Shown here in pieces: positions 57,894-64,000 of a stretch of DNA of 64,000 bases (within the stretch, counting starts at the first letter, position 1; each line of letters starts with the position of its first letter). The notes beneath the pieces were generated by a model. It ran no database searches, was not told the origin of the DNA, and saw only the letters and a list, made by a program, of their open reading frames with translations. The DNA comes from Polyangiales bacterium (GTDB lineage: Bacteria > Myxococcota_A > Polyangia > Polyangiales > Ga0077539), in NCBI GenBank assembly GCA_044229975.1, contig JBGARZ010000010.1, forward strand, positions 224,001 through 288,000, given 5' to 3'. The translations under genes were made by a program, and so were the position numbers.

Positions 57894-58868
57894 ATGAACA
57901 CGAACATCTCTCGGGCGCGCTGGCAGGCAGCGCTCACGGCGGCGCTCATGGCCGCGGGCTGCGGGTCGGGGACCAACCTGAGCGAAGGCCCGGTGTGCAC
58001 CGTCCCTCCGTTGGTGGTGCCGTTCTTCTCGGGCACCGACGCCAGTGTCGGCGACGCGGGCGCCCTCGACTTCGACGCCTCCGTGCCCCGCGAGACCTGC
58101 CTCGTCCACTGCCCCGCCAACGCGCCCAACGTGAACAACTTCTCGTCCATCATCGAGAGCTGCCGCCCTGTCACCGTCGACGCCGGCGCGCGCATGGAGT
58201 GCCGCTACCAGCTCCTCTGCACCGGCGGTCGCGCGGGCGACGTGGTCGCACCTGCCCCCGTCGACGACTCGGCCGGGGCGCTGCTCGCGGCGATGGCGAC
58301 CATGGAGGCCGGGTCGGTGGGGGCGTTCGATCGCCTCGCGCGTGAGCTGCGGGCGCACCACGCGCCGGGTCCGCTGCACGCCGCCGCGCGCCGCGCGAAG
58401 CAGGAAGAGCGACGGCACGCCCGGATGATGAGCTCGCTCGCGCAGCGGTACGGAGCGCGCCCGGCAACGGCCCCGCGCCTCCGCCAGCGTGTGCGCGACC
58501 TCGAAGCCGTGGCCCGCGAAAACGCCGTGGAGGGATGCGTGCGCGAAGCATGGGGCGCCCTCGTGGCGAGCTGGCAGGCGCAGCGGGCGGGCGACCCGCG
58601 GGTGCGCGCGGCCATGGCGGTCATCGCGCGCGAAGAGGCGTCCCACGCGGCGCTCGCGTGGCGCGTCGCGGAGTGGTCGGAGGGGAAGCTCACGCCCGCC
58701 GCGAGGGAGCGCGTCGCGGAGGCCCGTCGTGCGGCCGTCGAAGCGCTCTGCGCCGAGGCGGCGGAAGCGACCGTGGATGAGTCCGTCGCGCGCTCGCTGG
58801 GCTGGCCTCGCGCGGCGGAGTCGCGGGCCATGCTCGCCTCGCTGCGCGCCACGGTCTGGAACGCGTAG
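57894..58868 (+). CDS. Ferritin-like (di-iron) domain lipoprotein
   Basis: Lipobox AAGC; ME..SV.AF, EE.RHA, ENAVEGCVRE and EE..HA motifs. Confidence 0.85.
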   Translation: MNTNISRARWQAALTAALMAAGCGSGTNLSEGPVCTVPPLVVPFFSGTDASVGDAGALDFDASVPRETCLVHCPANAPNVNNFSSIIESCRPVTVDAGARMECRYQLLCTGGRAGDVVAPAPVDDSAGALLAAMATMEAGSVGAFDRLARELRAHHAPGPLHAAARRAKQEERRHARMMSSLAQRYGARPATAPRLRQRVRDLEAVARENAVEGCVREAWGALVASWQAQRAGDPRVRAAMAVIAREEASHAALAWRVAEWSEGKLTPAARERVAEARRAAVEALCAEAAEATVDESVARSLGWPRAAESRAMLASLRATVWNA

Positions 58869-58917
58869 GCCCGAAGGCCCGCACGCGCTACGACGCGGGC
58901 CCAGCTATGCTCCGGCG

Positions 58918-60681
58918 ATGAGCGACGACGTCCTGCTGCACAGCCTCTCCCGCGCGTGGTCTCGCGCCCTGACCGTCGCGGGCTCGGACGACCTGCCGCG
59001 CGAGTACGTCAACGTGCTCCTGCCGCTGATGCCCGAGGTCGCCGCCGACCTGCTCCGCGCGCACCGCGGCAGCGACTTCGCCGAGGTGTTCCTCCTGCTC
59101 GATCACGCGCCGCTGCTCGGCCGCCACGCCCGCGACGTGCTCCTCGCGCGCGTCGCCGAGCTCCACCTGCCGCTGTCCCCCGTCGAGATCGTCGCGTCGG
59201 CCGCTCTCGGTGTGCCGCCCGACGAGCGCGGCCCCTTCCGCGAGCGCGCGCTCGCGTTGCTTGCCACCGAGACCCGGCCCGACGCCCGCCTAGGCGCGCT
59301 CCTCGCGTGGGCCGGCGCCGAGACCGCCGACGTCGCGCCGCGGCTCATCGCGGAGGCCTTCGCGCTGCTCCCGCTCCTCGCCCCCTTCGACGTGGCGCGG
59401 GTGGTGCGTCGGTTTGGCGCCGACCTCGACGCGACCTCTCGCGCCGCGCTGTTCGCCCACGTCGACTCCATGCTCGGCCCGGAGAGCGATCCCGATTTCA
59501 TCATGACCTGCTGTCCGATCGCGCCCGCCGATCGGCAGTTGGCCCTTGCGCAACAGGCCATCGAGCGCGCGGCTGCGCGCAAGGACGGGCGCTTCATCTC
59601 CACCGCGCTCGCCGCCGAAAAGTTCGTGGGCTTCGCGCCGCTGTCGTCGTGGTTCGAGCGGCACCTGCGCGAGCTCGACTCGCTGCGCGACCTCGACTTC
59701 CTGCTCCACAAGGTCGGCGATCGCCTGCCGCCTCCGCTGCTCGACCTCGCCGAGCAGCGCGCCCGCTCGATGCAGGAGGGCGCCGGCGACGAAGCCGAGA
59801 CGCTGGCCGCGCTGTCCCGCTGCCACGTCGCGCGCCGCGAGGCGCTGCTGGCCGAGCTGCGCCCGCTCGTCGCGCGCGTGGTGGGCGATCCCCTCGCGGG
59901 TCACACCATGCAGGCGGGCGAGTACTGCGAATACGAAAACCTCGACGTGCTGCGCGCCGCCGTGGCGATGTCGGTGAGCGCGGCCTTCGAGGGCGACGAG
60001 CGGCGGTCGCTGCAACGCCGCGCGCTGGCCATCGTCGAGCGCACCGAGTCCGGCTTCGAACAGCACCACGAGCTCGACGACCTGCCCTGGGACCAGCTCG
60101 GCGCCTGCCTCGACCCCACCCTCTACGCCGAGGCCGCGCGCGTCGCCCTCGCCCTCGGCCACCGCCCCTCGGCGCTGAAGGCCCTCGGACAACTGGTGTC
60201 GGCGCTCCCGGAGTCGGCGCAACACCTTGCTCTCCTCGGCATGGCCCGCCTCGCCGATGGGGCCGCGCCCGAGGGGCTGACGCGGGCGCTCGCGGCGCTC
60301 GACGCGGCGCAGTCGCTCCCGGCGCGCGCGAGCCGTGGAGCGAGCCTGGCCGAGCGGGACGCCGCCATCGCGGCGCTCGGCGCTGCGCGGGGCTGGTCAC
60401 CGCCGCTGCGGCACGAGCTGGCGGCCATCGCGTCGCGGTTGGAGGCAGTGTGCGGCGCCGATCGGGCCGAGTGGTCCGAGCGGGTCGCGGCGTACTTCGA
60501 CACGCAGCCCTGGGACGCCGAGCGGATGTTGACGGCGGTGGAGCTGTTCGCTCCGACGCTCGTCACCCTCGGCGGCGCGCGGCTCGCGCGAGAACTCTCC
60601 GCGCGGCTCGGCGAGCCGATCGCCCCGGCGGAGATCGCACGCCCGTGGACGCAGGCCGCCATCGGGGACTTCCAGGCGTAG
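58918..60681 (+). CDS. Hypothetical alpha-helical repeat protein
   Basis: Long Leu/Ala-rich helical ORF with coding codon bias. Confidence 0.65.
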   Translation: MSDDVLLHSLSRAWSRALTVAGSDDLPREYVNVLLPLMPEVAADLLRAHRGSDFAEVFLLLDHAPLLGRHARDVLLARVAELHLPLSPVEIVASAALGVPPDERGPFRERALALLATETRPDARLGALLAWAGAETADVAPRLIAEAFALLPLLAPFDVARVVRRFGADLDATSRAALFAHVDSMLGPESDPDFIMTCCPIAPADRQLALAQQAIERAAARKDGRFISTALAAEKFVGFAPLSSWFERHLRELDSLRDLDFLLHKVGDRLPPPLLDLAEQRARSMQEGAGDEAETLAALSRCHVARREALLAELRPLVARVVGDPLAGHTMQAGEYCEYENLDVLRAAVAMSVSAAFEGDERRSLQRRALAIVERTESGFEQHHELDDLPWDQLGACLDPTLYAEAARVALALGHRPSALKALGQLVSALPESAQHLALLGMARLADGAAPEGLTRALAALDAAQSLPARASRGASLAERDAAIAALGAARGWSPPLRHELAAIASRLEAVCGADRAEWSERVAAYFDTQPWDAERMLTAVELFAPTLVTLGGARLARELSARLGEPIAPAEIARPWTQAAIGDFQA

Positions 60682-60692
60682 CGCTCGCCTCC

Positions 60693-62627
60693 TCAGTCCG
60701 CGACCCCTTCGTCGCTGAAGTCCGCGCTCCGCACGTCGTTGGCCACGTACTCGCTGAACTCCGGGCTCGTCACCACCCGCACCCCCGCGTCGAGAAACAC
60801 CTTCGCTGCCTCCGGGCTCACGTACCCGCTGGCCATGAGGTCGATGCCCTCCAGCGCGCGCACCAGCGCCGACCCGCACAGCGCCTTCGCCTGCGGGACG
60901 CCCATCTTCCACCCGTGGATCGACAGCACCTTCAACCGCGGCAGCGCCTCGGCGTCGCACAGCGCGCGGTGCGCCTTGTCGTGCTGCGCGTAGACCCCGC
61001 CCAGCACCAGCACCTCGACGTTGTCGAGGTTGCCGCAGCTCAGAAACTTCGCGAACTCCCCGCCCGGCAGCGCCTCCACCCGCAGGTGCGTCACCGACCG
61101 CAGGAAGCGTGCGTCCTTCCACTTCGGCTTCGGCCCGCCGTACCAGCTCGACGCATCGAGGTGCGTCACCGGAAGCGTCTCCACGCCATCGAGCTTCGCG
61201 ATGAGCGCTCCCCAGGTGGCGCTCGTGTAGCTCACGTTGAGCTTCCGCAGCCGAGGCAGCGCGGCGCTCGCAAGGAGTGCCGCGACCCCATCGGTCTGGA
61301 GCGGCTGCCCCATGAGGAAGAGCGAGTGCAGGTTGCGCAGCGACGCTGCTTCGCCGAGCGCCTGCGCGCCCACCGCGGTGATGGGCCCTTCGGTGGCGTT
61401 GGACGACAGCGAGAGCCAGCGCAGCTCACCAAGGCCGGGCGAGCGCGCGATCGCTACGGTTCCCTCGTCGCCGATCTCGTTGGCCGAGAGGGTGAGCGCG
61501 CGCAGCGAGGGATGGCCCGCCCCCGCGAACATCGCCGCGACCCCTGCCGGGCCGAGCTCGTTGTACGGCAGCGTCATGGACTCCAGCGGGTGGAGCGCGC
61601 CGATCGCCGCGATGGCCTTGCCCGCTGCGGCGCCGGTGAGGCGGGCGTTTTCCAGCTTGAGGTGGCGGAGGTGTCCGTCGCCGCGGGTGAGCGGTTTGAG
61701 CTCGGCCGCGCCGATCTTGATGCCGTAGGTGGTGAGCGTGTGGAGGCTGCGTCCAAGCGGAGCGTCCCACCAGCGGGCCGTGTCGAGGCCGGTGACGTTG
61801 CGCGAGGTGAAGTCCTGCACCGCGATGGCGTCGAGGGGAGTCTCCTTGAGCGCGTCCCACTGCGCCGTCGTCGGAACCCCTCGCACGTTGAGCGCGCGCA
61901 CCCTGGGCAGCGCCGCGCGGTGCTTGAGGAAGACCTCGATGTCGTCGACGTAGAGCAGCTCGGTGTCATCGAAGCGCCCCGACGAGAGACGCTCGTCGAT
62001 GTCCTTGCTCCCCTGCGAGCGGACGAACTTCCGGTGGAGGGAGAGGTCCCCCGCGTCGGCTGCGCGTTGGGAGCGCGTCGTCCCACCGCGGAAGTAGGTC
62101 GGCCACGCTTCGAGGGCGGCGAGCGCGCGGGCCTCGGCGGCGTCGGGGTGCTGGTCGTCGGGCCACGTCGCGAGGAGCATCTCCGTCTCGCTGTACGCCT
62201 CGGAGGTGCGCTCTCCGAGGGCGCGATCGAGCCGCTGCAACCGCTCGTCTTCGGTGAGGTGGGCGGGGCTCTGTCGGTCGAAGTCCGAGGCCGTGATGAC
62301 GGGACGGTTCTTGTTGAAGTACCTGGCGGCGGTCGCGGTGTCGTCGTCGTCGACGACCCCGTAGCCCGAGATGTCTTCGTCGGTGGTGATGGTGGTGAAG
62401 CGCTCCAGGAAGGCCCTGATGGCCGCGCCGCGTTCACCGGCGACCTCGACGGTGAAGGGGTACCCCCAGTGCACCGGCCCCGCGGGCGCGAAGGCCTTGG
62501 GGGTGAGCGCGGTGGCGGGCTTCTTCGCGGCAGGTGCCTTCTTCGCGGCGGCCTTCTTCGCGGCGGGCTTCTTCGGGATGGCTGGGGTTTCAGAGCGTGC
62601 GCGAGGAGAGCGTTTGCTGGTGGCCAT
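60693..62627 (-). CDS. Leucine-rich repeat (RI/GALA-like) protein with Lys/Ala-rich N-terminus
   Basis: L..L.L..N.(I/L)G..G..A repeats; N-terminal KKPAAKKAAAKKAPAAKKP. Confidence 0.82.
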   Translation of the reverse strand: MATSKRSPRARSETPAIPKKPAAKKAAAKKAPAAKKPATALTPKAFAPAGPVHWGYPFTVEVAGERGAAIRAFLERFTTITTDEDISGYGVVDDDDTATAARYFNKNRPVITASDFDRQSPAHLTEDERLQRLDRALGERTSEAYSETEMLLATWPDDQHPDAAEARALAALEAWPTYFRGGTTRSQRAADAGDLSLHRKFVRSQGSKDIDERLSSGRFDDTELLYVDDIEVFLKHRAALPRVRALNVRGVPTTAQWDALKETPLDAIAVQDFTSRNVTGLDTARWWDAPLGRSLHTLTTYGIKIGAAELKPLTRGDGHLRHLKLENARLTGAAAGKAIAAIGALHPLESMTLPYNELGPAGVAAMFAGAGHPSLRALTLSANEIGDEGTVAIARSPGLGELRWLSLSSNATEGPITAVGAQALGEAASLRNLHSLFLMGQPLQTDGVAALLASAALPRLRKLNVSYTSATWGALIAKLDGVETLPVTHLDASSWYGGPKPKWKDARFLRSVTHLRVEALPGGEFAKFLSCGNLDNVEVLVLGGVYAQHDKAHRALCDAEALPRLKVLSIHGWKMGVPQAKALCGSALVRALEGIDLMASGYVSPEAAKVFLDAGVRVVTSPEFSEYVANDVRSADFSDEGVAD

Positions 62628-62728
62628 GGTGGTCGCCGAGCGTATCGAACCGGCGCACGCCTTCAAGGATCGAGGCAGCTACATGAGCGAGGTCCCAACT
62701 ACGTCGCGGCCCAGAAGGTTGCGCTCCC

Positions 62729-63364
62729 TCAGCAGGCCGCCCCGCTCGGGATGCACGCGTACACGACCCCGCCGACGCCGCGGCACGGCATGCAGCTACT
62801 CGTGCTCGAACACCCGCGCGTGCGGCAGTCGCCGCCCCCTGCGTCGTCGTCCGTGCCCGCGTCCTTCGCCCCCGCGCACTCGCCGCGATGGTCGACGCTC
62901 ACGCTCTCCGACGCCGCCCCGCAGGCGTTGCCGTACGTCCGCCCGTCGCAGCCGCACACCGGGTCGTAGAGCCGGTTGCAGATCATCGGCGGCGTCGTGC
63001 ACACGCCCGGACCATCGGCCCGCCCGCAGATCGACGAGACGGGGAAGTCGCAGAACTGCCCATCGGGACACGGCGACCCACCGCGACCGCCGCACGCGCG
63101 CCCCTCCGGAACATCCTGCGCCACCGGCTGATCCACCGCCGCCACGTCCACCACCGCCGGCCGATCGACCGCGACGGGCACATCCACGGCGACCACGACG
63201 TCGCGACCCGCGTCCATCGCCGCGGGCACATCGACCGTCACGCCCGCATCGACGACGGACCCACGATCGGTGCTCGCCGGGACATCGGTGAAGGCCGACA
63301 CGTCGTCACCGCATCCCGCGAGCGACAACGCCAACAAACCCATCAGACCAACCGTGGACTTCAT
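62729..63364 (-). CDS. Kazal-type domain Cys-rich lipoprotein
   Basis: Lipobox LAGC; CGG.....C..GQFC.....CG.AD..GVC; Kazal motif C...[16 protein letters not shown]. Confidence 0.88.
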   Translation of the reverse strand: MKSTVGLMGLLALSLAGCGDDVSAFTDVPASTDRGSVVDAGVTVDVPAAMDAGRDVVVAVDVPVAVDRPAVVDVAAVDQPVAQDVPEGRACGGRGGSPCPDGQFCDFPVSSICGRADGPGVCTTPPMICNRLYDPVCGCDGRTYGNACGAASESVSVDHRGECAGAKDAGTDDDAGGGDCRTRGCSSTSSCMPCRGVGGVVYACIPSGAAC

Positions 63365-63389
63365 CCCATGACCTCGCAGCACCAACGAC

Positions 63390-63941
63390 CTACGCCCGCC
63401 GCGACCACGGAACATCCTCCACGCCCGCGCGGTGGTTCACCTGTCGCGCCAGCGAGAAGAGCAGGTCGCTCAAGCGGTTGAGGTACACCTTCAGCTCCGC
63501 CCTCGCGCCTTCGCCCTCGGGCAGACCCACCACCGCCCGCTCGGCCCGTCGACACACCGTCCGCGCCAGGTGCAGCGCCGCGGCGCCCGGGGTGCCCGCT
63601 GGCAACACGAAGTTCTTCAGCGGCGCGAGCGTCGACTCGCTCTCGTCGATGGCCACTTCCAGCCGCGCGGTGTCCTTCTCGTCGAGCAGCGGAATGCCCA
63701 GCGAGCGCTCCTTGCCCGGCACCGTCGCCAGCTCCGCGCCCAGCGTGAACAGGTCGCTCTGCACCGCGCCCAGCAACCCGTCGATGTCTCCCGGCAGGCC
63801 CGTCGCGCGCGCCACGCCGAGCACCGCGTTGAGCTCGTCCACCGTCCCGTACGCCTCGACCCGCGCGCTCGCCTTCGACACCCGCGCGCCGCCGAAGAGC
63901 CCCGTGTCCCCGTCGTCGCCCGTCTTCGTATAGATCTTCAC
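63390..63941 (-). CDS. PduO-type ATP:cob(I)alamin adenosyltransferase
   Basis: [34 protein letters not shown] and YLNRLSD.LF. Confidence 0.95.
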   Translation of the reverse strand: MKIYTKTGDDGDTGLFGGARVSKASARVEAYGTVDELNAVLGVARATGLPGDIDGLLGAVQSDLFTLGAELATVPGKERSLGIPLLDEKDTARLEVAIDESESTLAPLKNFVLPAGTPGAAALHLARTVCRRAERAVVGLPEGEGARAELKVYLNRLSDLLFSLARQVNHRAGVEDVPWSRRA

Positions 63942-64000
63942 GTCGCCCCCAGCAGCGTCCCGGTGCGCAGCGGGTGACCCGCCAGGAATTCCCTCGCCCC

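Overview
High-GC bacterial chromosome segment. The gene content (many Hanks-type Ser/Thr kinases, an FHA-sigma54 activator, PEGA, AgmX/PglI-type, vWA, FG-GAP, LCCL and Cys-rich lipoproteins) suggests a myxobacterium or related Deltaproteobacterium; this is inference. About 55 real CDSs are supported among hundreds of shadow ORFs, plus one tRNA-Ala(GGC). Housekeeping genes include ppc, a PduO-type adenosyltransferase, a TrmH-family methyltransferase, uracil-DNA glycosylase and two cation:proton antiporters. Most notable: (1) an operon pairing a lipoprotein made of six (D-S/G-G-F)-I-P-P-M-P-P-P-like repeats with a JmjC/cupin 2OG-Fe(II) oxygenase, a candidate undescribed peptide/protein hydroxylation system; (2) a SpoVR gene with a LAGLIDADG intein that also carries a LacI-like HTH; (3) an AT-richer ~4 kb run of small co-oriented genes whose spacers hold decayed attC-like motifs; (4) two long intergenic inverted-repeat elements (49 bp and 71 bp arms); (5) Asp-periodic linkers shared by about a dozen exported proteins; (6) several candidate sigma54 promoters and a tandem palindromic operator. 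All family calls come from motif recognition by eye; no database search was run. Start codons are best estimates.
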